DNA from: Ostreococcus lucimarinus
Lineage: Eukaryota
Assembly: GCA_000092065.1 (NCBI GenBank)
Contig: CP000583.1
DNA: 64,000 bases
Direction: 5' to 3' (one strand)
Numbering within the stretch: the stretch's first letter is position 1; every line of letters begins with the position of its first letter. Below are positions 44,459-54,928 of this stretch, piece after piece. The translations under genes and the position numbers were made by a program. The notes beneath the pieces were generated by a model. That model saw only the letters and a list, made by a program, of their open reading frames with translations. It made no database searches and was not told the DNA's origin.

Positions 44459-46474
44459 ATGCCCGACCGATGGCCTCCCGCGCTGGAGATCCCGCGCGCG
44501 CTCAATGACGACCCCGCGTTCCACGCCGCGGCGCCGGACGCGTACGTGTGCGCGCTCACGCGCGAGGTGATGAAGAATCCCGCCGTCGTCGGACGCACGG
44601 GACGGAGCTACGAGCGCGCGGCGATCGACGCGTGGATCGCGCGCCACGGGCGCGATCCCGTCGCGACGAGCGTCAAAGTGACGCGCGAGGACGCCGCGCC
44701 GAATCGCGCGGTGCGGGCGTCGATCGAGCGGTACGTCGCGCGCGAGACGGCGAGGCGCGCGCGAGGGGCGGCGACGGCGAACGAAGGCGCGAACGAAGAC
44801 GCGAACGAAGACGCGAACGAAGACGCGAACGAGACGGACGACGAGGAAGACGATGAGGAAGACGAGACGAGCGATGGGGAAGGAGAGGCGAAGGAATCGG
44901 GCGGGACGGCGGTGAACTGGCGCGCGAGAGTGGAGACGGCGACGCGCGAGACGGCGACGCGCGAGACGGCGGAGACGAGAAAGGTGCGCAGATATTTGTT
45001 TCCGCGGCGACGCGTCGACGTCGTGAGGGCTGAGTTTCTCGTGACGTCAGTGACGTATCCACAGCGCGCCGATGAGCCCGACGGGAAGTTTTTCAGGTTT
45101 AAAATGGAAGACTTGACGAAAATCGTCGGCGATTGGGCGGGCGAGGATTTGGAGGCGTACAAAAAGGGTGAGGTTAAAGACGGTCAAGGCGCGTCGTTCG
45201 TCGTGAGACGCACGGATAAGGATGGGAACGTTAAAGGTACGAAAACAGTGTGCGTCTGGGGTGGGCCGAAAGGACAAGGTGTTGGACGCTGGAACCCGGC
45301 GGTTCGCGCAAAGGCGGGCGACTGGGCTGTCGGCGATAAAGTCACTTTGATGAATTACAGCGAAGCGCTCGCGATGCCACCGCGGACGTTTCCACTATCT
45401 ATCAAAGAGTACAAAATACACTCACCCACGGGCTGGAACCTCCCCGCGAACGCTATCCGTTTCGGCCAAGCTGGTTTGATCGGGCACTGGTGGAAGACGC
45501 TCGACGTAGAGTTCGTGTTGGATGACTCAAACGTAGGTACGCGAGTGTACGGCGTTCACACCGATGCGCCGTATGAAACTCTCAAATTTGAAGTCCAAGC
45601 TCTTCGCTCTGACGGACGGTGGCACAAAGTTCGCTTAAGCTCGAAGAAAGTACCTTGGGGACGCACGTTTAAGCGTCCGGTTGATGACGCTACGTCCATT
45701 CGCGTGACGTGGCCAGATACTGATTTGCACAAGTTACCTCTCAGTGCTCACCGTAGTGGCGAAGGTTTACACGCCAACATCGTCGGTTCTACGACTGATA
45801 TCGACATATTATCCGTGGTTCACCCCACGGCAGGGGCTGACGGTAAATATTTCCGCTTCGACCCCGCAGCCATGGCGGCGGCGCGCGGCGGTGCGCGTGA
45901 CTGGGAAGGGACGTATACTTGCTATGTGCTTCGCACTGGCGTCCGAGATAAAGTGACGTTCAAACATGGACCGCTCGGCAAATCTGCCTCGAAGACTTTA
46001 TATCGACACGTCGAGTCCGACGATGAAGATACGAAGCCAAAAAAGTCCTTTTTAGCTACCGTCGCGGGCAAAGGGCGCAAGTTTATTCGCTTCGGCAAGT
46101 CACGCAGCGAAATAGAGGCGGGAGAGAACGACGACGTCTCCGAAGATGATGACGCGGAGACTGGCGAAGAAGTTGTCGCCGACGACGCTGACACGAATGA
46201 AGACGTTGAGAAAGAAGAGCATGAACTCGTGCAAGCACTCGGTATTGGATGCTATTCCACCGGCGCTCGCCCGGGAGACTGGCGCGTCGGCGACGTCATC
46301 TTGCTCAAGCGCTACGTCCTTCAGCCCGGCGTCGTGGAGCCCTCGCGACCAGCCGCATCAACACGCAAAGATGGATACGAAGAGGCGTCAAAAACAGACG
46401 AGTGGTTCCGGGTCTACCACCCGGACCCGATCGAACCCAATCAAGTCGACGAAGTCGTCATTCCCGACACCTAG
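44459..46474 (+). CDS. U-box E3 ubiquitin-ligase-like protein with a large uncharacterised C-terminal region
   Basis: The U-box is PDAYVCALTREVMKNPAVVGRTGRSYERAAIDAWIARHGRDPVATSVKVTREDAAPNRAVRASIERYV. It is followed by an acidic NEGANEDANEDANEDANETDDEEDDEEDE linker and roughly 480 aa with no recognisable domain. Confidence 0.6.
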   Translation: MPDRWPPALEIPRALNDDPAFHAAAPDAYVCALTREVMKNPAVVGRTGRSYERAAIDAWIARHGRDPVATSVKVTREDAAPNRAVRASIERYVARETARRARGAATANEGANEDANEDANEDANETDDEEDDEEDETSDGEGEAKESGGTAVNWRARVETATRETATRETAETRKVRRYLFPRRRVDVVRAEFLVTSVTYPQRADEPDGKFFRFKMEDLTKIVGDWAGEDLEAYKKGEVKDGQGASFVVRRTDKDGNVKGTKTVCVWGGPKGQGVGRWNPAVRAKAGDWAVGDKVTLMNYSEALAMPPRTFPLSIKEYKIHSPTGWNLPANAIRFGQAGLIGHWWKTLDVEFVLDDSNVGTRVYGVHTDAPYETLKFEVQALRSDGRWHKVRLSSKKVPWGRTFKRPVDDATSIRVTWPDTDLHKLPLSAHRSGEGLHANIVGSTTDIDILSVVHPTAGADGKYFRFDPAAMAAARGGARDWEGTYTCYVLRTGVRDKVTFKHGPLGKSASKTLYRHVESDDEDTKPKKSFLATVAGKGRKFIRFGKSRSEIEAGENDDVSEDDDAETGEEVVADDADTNEDVEKEEHELVQALGIGCYSTGARPGDWRVGDVILLKRYVLQPGVVEPSRPAASTRKDGYEEASKTDEWFRVYHPDPIEPNQVDEVVIPDT

Positions 46475-46516
46475 ACAAAAATGCGAGCAGTTAACAATAG
46501 AATCAAAATTTTCCTA

Positions 46517-47920
46517 CTAAGCCTTGCCTTCAAAACGCGGCAAGGCGCCACTTAAGAATACCTTCCCCGTGATGCCGAGCGTTCCCGCCATGAAGAACGC
46601 GACGTCTCGAAACAAGCTCACCGGACCCGCTCCCGTTTCCAACGCGCCGATGAATCGGCTACTTTGCATGATCGCCGCCGTGGGCGGTTTCCTAATGCCC
46701 TCATACGCACGGAGTGCCTGTTTCACCGTGTCATATTCAGCGCCAACTTTCGATAGTTCGCTTGCGATACAAAGTGCGTCTTGCATGGCTTGATTCGCGC
46801 CTTGCCCGAGGAAAGGAGGCATAGCGTGGCATGCGTCGCCGACGAGGCTAATCGTTCCGGCGTCATCGCTCCACGAATCCAATACGTCGTGGTAATGCAC
46901 ACCGACGTCAAAGAATCGATCGCATGCCTCGGCTACGTCAATAGCACTTTGGGGCATACCCTTTTCACGCATCAAAGCCACGGCTTCTTCCTTTGCTGCG
47001 GCTTTTGCGCGCCACGCCGTGTTTTCGTCGCGCTTGGTTTTGTCTTGGACGCACAGCGCGATGTTGTGCTGCTTGTTCTGCGCCCCTTCGCCGCCGCCTG
47101 TGAACACGAGCATGTACGCGCCGTCTGCGAACCATTGATGGGCGATGTTCATTTCACTCGCCGCTCGTGCGGTCGAGCCCGCAGGTGTGCATCCGAAAAC
47201 GATGCGAATACCGCTGTACTTTGGCGGCGATTCGCCGCCATCCACCGCCTCGCGCGCACGACTATCGATGCCATCCGCGCCGATGACTAAATCAAACACC
47301 TCTCGATCGCCATTCTCAAACTCGATCTCTGCATTGCTTCCGCGCGATCGCACTGCTTTCACCCCGCGATCAAACATCAAACACTCGCTCGGCAGCGCGT
47401 CCGCCATCGCGCGTTGCAAATCTGCCCGCTGCACCGTCCCCGCCAACACCCTCCCACTTTCGCTCACCAACGCCTCGCATCCGTCGTCGTCGCCGCGTAT
47501 CATATCGTGTACTCTCACCTCAAACAATCCGAATCCTCCATTCGCTCGTCGCGCTTTGACACCGAGCAAATCATTCGCCAACGCGTCGTAGGTCGCCTCG
47601 AGCCCGAGCTCGCAGAGCACTCTCGCGCCGCCATTCAAATTGAACCCTCCGCCGACGTTCGGCTTGATCGCCTCCGTTCTTTCGAACACGCGCACTCCAT
47701 CGATGCCTTTCGCGCGAAGCGCCAGCGCGGTGGCTAACCCGCTCGGCCCACCGCCGATGACGGCGACTTTCTTGTCGCTCCAAAAGCTCGAGCCGTCGGG
47801 TCGAGGCGGAAGAGCGAAGCGTTTTACGAGCGCACGGCGCGCGTTCGAAGTCGCGCGCGACGGCGAGAACGAGAACGCGCGTTTGCACGACGTCGACGCG
47901 CACGCGCGCTCGGCGAACAT
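46517..47920 (-). CDS. FAD-dependent monooxygenase (UbiH/salicylate-hydroxylase/zeaxanthin-epoxidase class) with N-terminal presequence
   Basis: The dinucleotide fold is VAVIGGGPSGLATALALRAKG, the DG-like block is DLVIGADGIDS, and the FAD motif is LVGDACHAMPPFLGQGANQAMQDA. ATG at 47920. Confidence 0.8.
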   Translation of the reverse strand: MFAERACASTSCKRAFSFSPSRATSNARRALVKRFALPPRPDGSSFWSDKKVAVIGGGPSGLATALALRAKGIDGVRVFERTEAIKPNVGGGFNLNGGARVLCELGLEATYDALANDLLGVKARRANGGFGLFEVRVHDMIRGDDDGCEALVSESGRVLAGTVQRADLQRAMADALPSECLMFDRGVKAVRSRGSNAEIEFENGDREVFDLVIGADGIDSRAREAVDGGESPPKYSGIRIVFGCTPAGSTARAASEMNIAHQWFADGAYMLVFTGGGEGAQNKQHNIALCVQDKTKRDENTAWRAKAAAKEEAVALMREKGMPQSAIDVAEACDRFFDVGVHYHDVLDSWSDDAGTISLVGDACHAMPPFLGQGANQAMQDALCIASELSKVGAEYDTVKQALRAYEGIRKPPTAAIMQSSRFIGALETGAGPVSLFRDVAFFMAGTLGITGKVFLSGALPRFEGKA

Positions 47921-48031
47921 CGCGCGGACGTGTGACGAGTTTTAACGAGAGATGTGACTTTCGTTGCAACGGGACGCCTTCGCGGCGAGGCTCGGCAATA
48001 ATTTTATAATGTACTGTGGCGCCACATCGGC

Positions 48032-49057
48032 TCAATCGTGGTGCGCTTTGGCGCCATTTGGTTCGTCTTCATCGTCGCTCCTCACGTCCTCCGCGTTTCC
48101 GGTCGCTAGCACCTTGTGCACGACGTTGACGATGAGTTTAAACCAATACACCTGCAAGCCGAGAATGACGTAGAGCAACGCGACGCACAGCCAGTACGGG
48201 ATCGATGGGCTAAAATACCGCCTCGCCTCGAAGTGCACGGAGTACACCACGTACGGATACATCACCAGTCGCATGACGAAAAATATGACGAGAAAAATAC
48301 CGAACAACACGTCGGCGGCGAGTTGATATTTCTTATCCCCGCGCGCGTCCCCGACGTACTTCGCGCACTTCGCCGCGTGCAACGGTACGTCCGCCGGGTC
48401 CAGCACGAGCATGATCACCGCCCCCACGCGCGTCCAACCGACGATGTACGACACCCAAATCACTCCGATCGTCGCAAAATGATGCAATTGCATCTCCCAA
48501 AAATCTTTCCGCTTATGTTCGAGAAACACGTTGGCCGCCCCCGCGACGTATCGCGCCCCGTACGCCAGATAGTACGCCCGCAGCGCGCTCTCCGTCGCCC
48601 GCGTCTTCACCGGTGCCCCGATCCACCACTCGCTCGACGGCCAGAACCATCGCTGTCCAGGCACTATCGCGCACCCGATGATCGTGAACGTCCCGTACGT
48701 CGCCATCTCGAGCGCGCTCTGCGCGAACTTTTCCATCTTTCGTCGTCGCGCCTTGCGCGCGCCGCCGACGCCGCGCGCGCCGTAACCCATCAGTCGTCCC
48801 GCTAGCGGTTCGACGACGGCGCGCCGTAACAACCAGTTGAACGCGAACATGATTATCGCGTAGATGAGCGTCACGCGCGCGTCCAGCGCGGCGTCGGGCG
48901 CGCGCACGCGCGACGCGACGGCGCGTGGCGTCGCGTGTTCACCGGCGCGCAATTTAAATCCGAATTGCGCCGCCAGCGCGCCGACGTCGTCGCTCACGAC
49001 GCGCGCGGCGTGGCGCCACGTCGAGGATGACGTCGCCGACGCGCGCGAGGCGAACAT
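48032..49057 (-). CDS. LAG1: TLC-domain protein, ceramide-synthase (LAG1/LAC1/CerS)-like
   Basis: Lag1 motif ...FWEMQLHHFATIGVIWVSYIVGW... plus 5-6 TM segments and an acidic C-terminal tail. ATG at 49057 (M157 of ORF 48032..49525); the remainder is antisense to aldolase. Confidence 0.7.
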   Translation of the reverse strand: MFASRASATSSSTWRHAARVVSDDVGALAAQFGFKLRAGEHATPRAVASRVRAPDAALDARVTLIYAIIMFAFNWLLRRAVVEPLAGRLMGYGARGVGGARKARRRKMEKFAQSALEMATYGTFTIIGCAIVPGQRWFWPSSEWWIGAPVKTRATESALRAYYLAYGARYVAGAANVFLEHKRKDFWEMQLHHFATIGVIWVSYIVGWTRVGAVIMLVLDPADVPLHAAKCAKYVGDARGDKKYQLAADVLFGIFLVIFFVMRLVMYPYVVYSVHFEARRYFSPSIPYWLCVALLYVILGLQVYWFKLIVNVVHKVLATGNAEDVRSDDEDEPNGAKAHHD

Positions 49058-49177
49058 CGCGGCGACCGCGCGAGCGCGCGAGCGGTGCGAGGCGCTGAGT
49101 GCGGGACGACGGGATAACGCCTCACTTTCGCGCGCGCGTTCGAGCGCACGGTCGTCTCGCGCGCGCGTCTCGCGCCG

Positions 49178-50191
49178 ATGTCGTTCGCGGATGAGCTGCG
49201 CGCCACGGCGCTCGCGCTGAGCGCGCCGGGCAAGGGAATCCTGGCCGCGGACGAGAGCACGGGGACGATCGGAAAGCGGCTCGCGTCGATCGGTGTCGAA
49301 AACGCGATTGAAAATCGAGTCGCGCTGCGCGAATTGCTCTTCAGCGCGCCGGGGTTCGAGAAGTACGTCAGTGGAGTGATACTGTTCGATGAAACGCTGC
49401 GATCGACGGGGAAGAGCGGGACGTCGTTCGCGGAGATGCTGCGATCGAGAGGCGTGACGCCGGGCATCAAAGTCGACGCGGGGACGCGAGCGCTCGACGC
49501 GTCGCCGAACGAAACCTTCACGCAAGGCTTAGATGGGTTGGCGGAACGCTGCGAAGAATATTACGCCATGGGCGCGCGATTTGCGAAGTGGCGCGCGGTG
49601 CTGACGATTGATGAGGCGAAAGGATTGCCGAGCGCGTTGGCGTTGGCGGAGAACGCGAACGCGTTGGCGAGGTACGCGAGCGCGTGTCAATCGCGAGGTT
49701 TGGTGCCGATCGTTGAACCCGAAATTTTGATGGACGGCGCGCACGGTATCGAAGTCTGCGGGGCGGTGACGCGCAGGGTGCTGGACGCGGTGTTTTCGGC
49801 GCTGCGTTTGCACGGCGTGCAGTTGGACGGGATGATTTTGAAGCCAAACATGGTGACGCCGGGGGCGAGCGCGAAGACGAGCGCGAACGTCGACGCCGAA
49901 GTCGCGCGAGCGACCGTCGCGGCGCTGTGTGACACCGTTCCGCCGTCAGTGCCGGGTATTTTGTTCTTATCGGGCGGACAGAGCGAAGAAGAGGCGACCG
50001 AGCGTTTGCGATTGATGAACACGACGCAAAAAGCCGATCGAGCGCCGTGGACGCTCTCCTTCTCCTACGGCCGCGCGCTTCAAGCCAGCTGCTTGAAGGC
50101 GTGGGGTGGTAAGTCCGAAAACGTGAGCGCCGCCCAAGCGGCGTTCTTAGACCGATGCAAATCAAACTCCGAAGCGTCGATCCGTCGCTAG
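49178..50191 (+). CDS. FBA: Fructose-bisphosphate aldolase, class I
   Basis: [54 protein letters not shown] and [10 protein letters not shown] are all class-I FBA signatures. 337 aa with an ATG start. Confidence 0.9.
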   Translation: MSFADELRATALALSAPGKGILAADESTGTIGKRLASIGVENAIENRVALRELLFSAPGFEKYVSGVILFDETLRSTGKSGTSFAEMLRSRGVTPGIKVDAGTRALDASPNETFTQGLDGLAERCEEYYAMGARFAKWRAVLTIDEAKGLPSALALAENANALARYASACQSRGLVPIVEPEILMDGAHGIEVCGAVTRRVLDAVFSALRLHGVQLDGMILKPNMVTPGASAKTSANVDAEVARATVAALCDTVPPSVPGILFLSGGQSEEEATERLRLMNTTQKADRAPWTLSFSYGRALQASCLKAWGGKSENVSAAQAAFLDRCKSNSEASIRR

Positions 50192-50344
50192 AAAACTACG
50201 ATGTAATGGAACTCGTGATCCATCCCGACGCTCGAGCGCCGATCTCGCCGTCGAACTTGGCACCTCACTCCGCGCCCCCCTTCGTCGCGCGTCGCCGCGC
50301 GACGCCCTCGCGGCGCGCGTGCGCGAAGAAGACGATCAACAGAC

Positions 50345-52063
50345 ATGCTCTCTTCGCTCCCGTGCGAACTCTGGGCGCACATCGCGTCGTTTCTACCGCT
50401 GCGCGATCGGGAGACTTTGCTTGAAACGTGTGCCGAGACTCGCGAAGGAGTGATTTTCCTTTGCGAATGCGCGCGCACGCGGCTTCTCGCGCGCCGTGGG
50501 TACTTTTTCGAGAACGAATATGGTTTGCCGTGCGTCGACGAGGAGGAGGTGGGGTTTCACGCGCGCGCGTTGCTTCGGCACACGAGCGCGTTGTCGACGA
50601 CGAAGCGCGACGCCGCCGCAAAGTTTTGCGCCGCGATGACGGCGGCGTTTTCCGATGCGCTCGATGATCCGGATTTCGAGATGACAGAAAATGAACGCGT
50701 CGATCGAGTGTCGCGCATGATGAAGGTGGCGAGCGCGGAGTTGAGCCACAGATGCCGTGGGAAAGCGGTGGGATTATTCTTGCGATACGAAATCGATGAT
50801 TTGGAGACGGCGATCGGCGTCGGCGAACTCGGGCTGGTGGAACATGAACTTTTCGATATGAATGAGGACAAGGAAGAACGTATCAAGTACGAGCGGGCGT
50901 CGTTGCGATCGTATCTGCGAGTGTTCATCGTGACGCACGTCGTGCTCGGCTCGGAAACGCTGTCGCATCTGTACACAGAGAGCTCGCATCGGTACGATTT
51001 AGAGGCAGCGTTCGCTTGGAAGGCGTTCACGATTGGATTCATGGGCTTGCTCACTACGCGAGAATCAACGAGCGCGGAATTGCTGCGTACGCTCACGATG
51101 CCAAACGTGCGTTGGTTTCTTCTGAACTTGTACAAAAACGGTACCGCACACGCGACGACGACAAACGCGAGCGAAACGCACTCGATCCTGGATTCGATCG
51201 CGGATTTGTACTCGAAGAGCATCGATATCGAAATTGCGACTTTTCGCCAGTACGAAGTGGACTCACTCACGGGTATGACGGCATTGCAGCGAGCTGAGCA
51301 AATGTTTACTGTGGTTCACGAGCGCGTGCATCCGAACGAAGTGTTTAACGACAACATTGCCGCGCTTGCCAAAATCCTTTCGCTCATCGTCCGTGAGACG
51401 AATCAAGACAAGGCTTCATTTGCGCGAGTTGTGTTCGACTTGACGCGAGGATGGGACGCTTCATTCAAGCTTATGCTGCTCGGATCTTTATGGGAGGCGT
51501 GTCCGCAGACGGATTATCTACTGCGAGCTCTTCTAAGACGCGACTTCGTTCCTGCGCCATTCGATCAAGACGACGGCGGCCTCGGTATCATGGACGTGCA
51601 AGCGACGCGAGTTGGTCGAAAGCTTCTCGCGGTTTTCGAGCAGCGTCATCACGTACGCTTGAAGCCGGACACGTGCGTTAGCCTGTTCGAACTCGCGCGA
51701 AAGAACTGGACAGAGGAAGACGACGAGCGCATGGTTCGGAGTCTGTTGAAAGATTGCAACGTTGGCGTGTCGTTATCTCTCACTGCGTGCTCGTACGAAT
51801 GCTGCCGAAACGGTATCAACGATAACGTGCTCGCTCTGGTCGTGTTCCTCGCCGAGCGCGGTGTCGCGCGCTCCAAACGCGTTTCATCCTTCGACGAGCC
51901 CGCGCCGAAACGGCGCCGCGTCGTCAAGCTCGGCGAAGAAGACGCCTCAAACGAGGAGTCGCTCTTATATTTAGATTTCGAGTACGAGGTCGGCGTGTTC
52001 TCTCAACGCGAATCTCCCGAGTCTCAGGATCTTACGCCCGAATGGCTCGCTCGAGAAGAGTGA
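50345..52063 (+). CDS. F-box domain protein (hypothetical)
   Basis: The N-terminal F-box is LPCELWAHIASFLPLRDRETLLETCAETRE; the remaining 540 aa are non-repetitive with no recognised domain. ATG at 50345. Confidence 0.5.
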   Translation: MLSSLPCELWAHIASFLPLRDRETLLETCAETREGVIFLCECARTRLLARRGYFFENEYGLPCVDEEEVGFHARALLRHTSALSTTKRDAAAKFCAAMTAAFSDALDDPDFEMTENERVDRVSRMMKVASAELSHRCRGKAVGLFLRYEIDDLETAIGVGELGLVEHELFDMNEDKEERIKYERASLRSYLRVFIVTHVVLGSETLSHLYTESSHRYDLEAAFAWKAFTIGFMGLLTTRESTSAELLRTLTMPNVRWFLLNLYKNGTAHATTTNASETHSILDSIADLYSKSIDIEIATFRQYEVDSLTGMTALQRAEQMFTVVHERVHPNEVFNDNIAALAKILSLIVRETNQDKASFARVVFDLTRGWDASFKLMLLGSLWEACPQTDYLLRALLRRDFVPAPFDQDDGGLGIMDVQATRVGRKLLAVFEQRHHVRLKPDTCVSLFELARKNWTEEDDERMVRSLLKDCNVGVSLSLTACSYECCRNGINDNVLALVVFLAERGVARSKRVSSFDEPAPKRRRVVKLGEEDASNEESLLYLDFEYEVGVFSQRESPESQDLTPEWLAREE

Positions 52064-52130
52064 ATCGCGTCGCTTTGCGCGAATTTCATTTGCGTTCGTC
52101 GTCGCGTTGTTTTGATATTTCATCGAATGA

Positions 52131-52538
52131 TTACGCATCCTTCTTCGTCTCCTTCACCGCCTTGGTGCATCCGAGCTGCTCCAACGTCTCCACAATCTTA
52201 GCCACGTTCGCACCGCGAATTTGCTCGCCGTGCGGCTCGCCTTCGGACGTGTAAAACGCAAAAGTCGGCATCGCCGTCACGTTGTGCGCCCCGCTCACCG
52301 CCCCATTCTTATCGACGTCCACCTTGATAAACATCGCGTCGTACTCTTCCGACATGTCCGCGAACACCGGCGCGATTCGCCGACACGGCCCACACCACGT
52401 CGCCGTAAAATCAACAACCACCGCTCGCTTCGCCGCCTTCGCCTCCGCCAACGCCTCCGCGAACGCCTCCGCCGTCTCGCACTCCACCACCCGCTTCTTC
52501 TCCACCGCCCCTCCTCGCGCGTCTCCGTACCCGAGCAT
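52131..52538 (-). CDS. Thioredoxin (h-type, WCGPC active site)
   Basis: ...VVECETAEAFAEALAEAKAAKRAVVVDFTATWCGPCRRIAPVFADMSEEYDAMFIKVDVD...AMPTFAFY... aligns end-to-end with plant Trx h. Start is at M18 of ORF 52131..52589 (the ORF's own start is GTG); M4 (52580) is an alternative. Confidence 0.8.
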   Translation of the reverse strand: MLGYGDARGGAVEKKRVVECETAEAFAEALAEAKAAKRAVVVDFTATWCGPCRRIAPVFADMSEEYDAMFIKVDVDKNGAVSGAHNVTAMPTFAFYTSEGEPHGEQIRGANVAKIVETLEQLGCTKAVKETKKDA

Positions 52539-53023
52539 CGACCGAATCACCGATCCGATGAACCGAAACGTCACGTACATCACCAGCACGCGCGCGTGTT
52601 TCGGCAGCTGCGCGTCGCGTCGCTCGCGCCCTCGTCAGTCGTCGCTCGCGCGCCGCGCCCGTTCGAGATCCAGACGCGTCGTTCGGTCGCACCTTTTCAA
52701 AATACGCCTCCGCCGCCGCGCGCGCGCTTTGCACCATCCCGCCGAGATCCATCGTCGCCGTCGTCGCCGTCGTCGTCGCGCGTCGTCGTCGCGCGTCTTC
52801 GCCGGCGATCGCGGGCGCGCGCGGGCGTCGCGGCGCGTTCGAGTTCCGTGTGTAGTGTCTCATTGATTCTCTTCGCGGCGCCCACGATGCGGGTCTCGAT
52901 CTCGTATTGCGCGCGCGGGAGATCTATCAGACGACGCGCGCCGTGTGTTTGGTCCGTGTGTACACCGCGCGTCCACGAGACCACGCCGCCGCCGCCGCCG
53001 ATCGTCGCACACGCGCGCGCGCG

Positions 53024-54776
53024 ATGCTGCTGCTGTTCGAGACCCCGGCGGGGTACTCGCTGTTCAAGGTCAAGGCCGAGAAGAAGCTCCAGGACGCGGA
53101 GGTGCGTGCGACGCGCGGTGACGACGACGCGACGCGACGCGACGCGACGCGAGCGCGCGCGAAAAGGCGCGCGCGATCGACGCGAAAGGCGGTGGGACGC
53201 GCGACGCGCGCGCGGGCGGCGGTCGACGACGCGGGACGCGCGACGCGCGAGGGGCGCGACGGTCGTGGACGCGGGACGACGCGAGGGAGGACGCGCGGGC
53301 GGGCGCGCGCGGACAAAAGGGCGGGAGTCGATTCGCGAGGGAATTGGCGAATTGGGGATTGGCTGGCGAGGAAGACGCGACGCGAGGACGAGGGACTGAC
53401 GATGCGCGCGCGCGCGAACGTGAACGCAGAAGTTGCAAGATGCTTTCAGCACGGTGGAGGGGGCGAAGAAGATGGTGTCGATGAAGGCGTTTAGTAAGTT
53501 TGAGAATACGACGGAGGCGCTCGCGGCGGCGGCGACGCTGGTGGATTCCAAAGTCGGGAAGAACTTGAAAAAGTTTTTGTCGAAACACGCCGAGGGGGAG
53601 ACTTTGGCGGTGGCGGACTCTAAACTCGGCGCGGCGATCAAAGAGAAGCTGGGTATTAACTGCGTCGCCGATAGTGGGGTTATGGAACTCATGCGCGGCG
53701 TGCGTTACCAGCTCAACGAGTTGATCGGAGGGTTGACGGATGCCGATCTCGCGCCGATGGCTTTGGGTTTGTCTCACTCCTTGTCGCGATATAAGCTCAA
53801 GTTTTCTCCGGATAAGGTTGATACCATGGTTATTCAAGCCATCGGCTTGCTCGACGAACTCGACAAGGAATTGAACACGTATTCCATGCGCGTGCGCGAG
53901 TGGTACGGGTGGCACTTCCCCGAGCTCACGAAGATCATCGCGGATAACATGCAGTACGCCAAGGCTGCGAAACTCATGGGTGATCGCGCGAAGGCGGCGG
54001 GGATCGACTTCTCTGGTATTCTCGATGAAGACGTCGAACAAGAGGTAAAAGACGCCGCCATCATTTCCATGGGGACGGAAATTTCCGAAGAAGATTTGAG
54101 CAACATTGGACAGTTGGCCGACCAAGTCATCTCCTTGAGCGAGTACCGTGCGCAACTGTACGATTATCTGAAGGCTCGAATGAACGCCATCGCGCCCAAC
54201 CTGACGGTGCTCGTCGGCGAACTCGTCGGCGCTCGTCTCATCTCCCACGCGGGTTCGTTGATGAACCTCGCCAAGCACCCGGCGTCTACGGTGCAAATTT
54301 TGGGAGCGGAAAAGGCTCTTTTCCGCGCGCTCAAGACCAAGCATGAAACTCCAAAGTATGGTTTGATCTATCATGCCTCACTCATCGGCCAAGCGGCGCC
54401 CAAGTTCAAGGGGAAAATTTCTCGCGTCTTGGCGGCGAAGTGCGCGTTGTCGATTCGCGTCGACGCTCTTGGGGAATCCTCCGAGGCGACGATTGGCGTT
54501 GAAGCGCGCGAAAAGGTCGAGGCACGATTACGACAGCTTGAAGGCAAGACGCTTGGCGAAGCTTCTGGCGTCAAGAAGATGTCTGGAGACATAAAGAAGC
54601 ACGACAAGGACCGCAACGCGGACGCGCCGGCGCTTCTCACCGCGCCGCGTTCGTACAATCCGGATAAGGATGCGACGAAGAAGGAGAAAAAGGAGAAGAA
54701 AGATAAGAAAGAGAAGCGTAAGAGCGAAGGCGACTCTCCAAAGTCTTCGAAGAAGAGCAAGAAGAACAAAGATTAA
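53024..54776 (+). CDS. NOP58: Box C/D snoRNP protein NOP58, two exons (53024..53101 and 53430..54776)
   Basis: Exon 1 MLLLFETPAGYSLFKVKAEKKLQDAE matches the NOP58 N-terminus (MLVLFETSAGYAIFKVLDEKKLQEV). Exon 2 is KLQDAFSTVEGAKKMVSMKAFSKFENTTEALAAAATL...GAEKALFRALKTKHETPKYGLIYHASLIGQAAPKFKGKISRVLAAKCALSIRVDALGE..., covering the NOP5 N-terminal, NOSIC and Nop domains, and it ends in a KKE/D tail. Confidence 0.85.
53102..53429 (+). other. Spliceosomal intron (328 nt), GTGCGTGCGACG...GGGACTGACGATGCGCGCGCGCGCGAACGTGAACGCAG
   Basis: Phase 0 on both sides. The donor hexamer and the 3' segment (GACTGACGA...GCGAACG.TGA.CGCAG) are almost the same as in the SmD3 intron. Confidence 0.8.
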
Positions 54777-54928
54777 CATCTTCCACGACTCTCATTCCTC
54801 TTAGCTCTCGTGTACTCTAGTAGCCTCTTTTTCAGTCCGATGGACTTCGAACGAATTCAAGTTTTACCACTAGCGACTTAATAAACAAGACAAAATCATC
54901 AACAACGACTCATCTGGGTTACACGTCG

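Noticed and set aside
52221-53399. 392-aa + ORF and 52907..53494 + ORF between the thioredoxin and NOP58 genes
   Set aside because: 52221..53399 is antisense to thioredoxin plus intergenic R-rich sequence. 52907..53494 is NOP58 exon 1 read through the intron, since the intron's GC-rich interior mimics coding.
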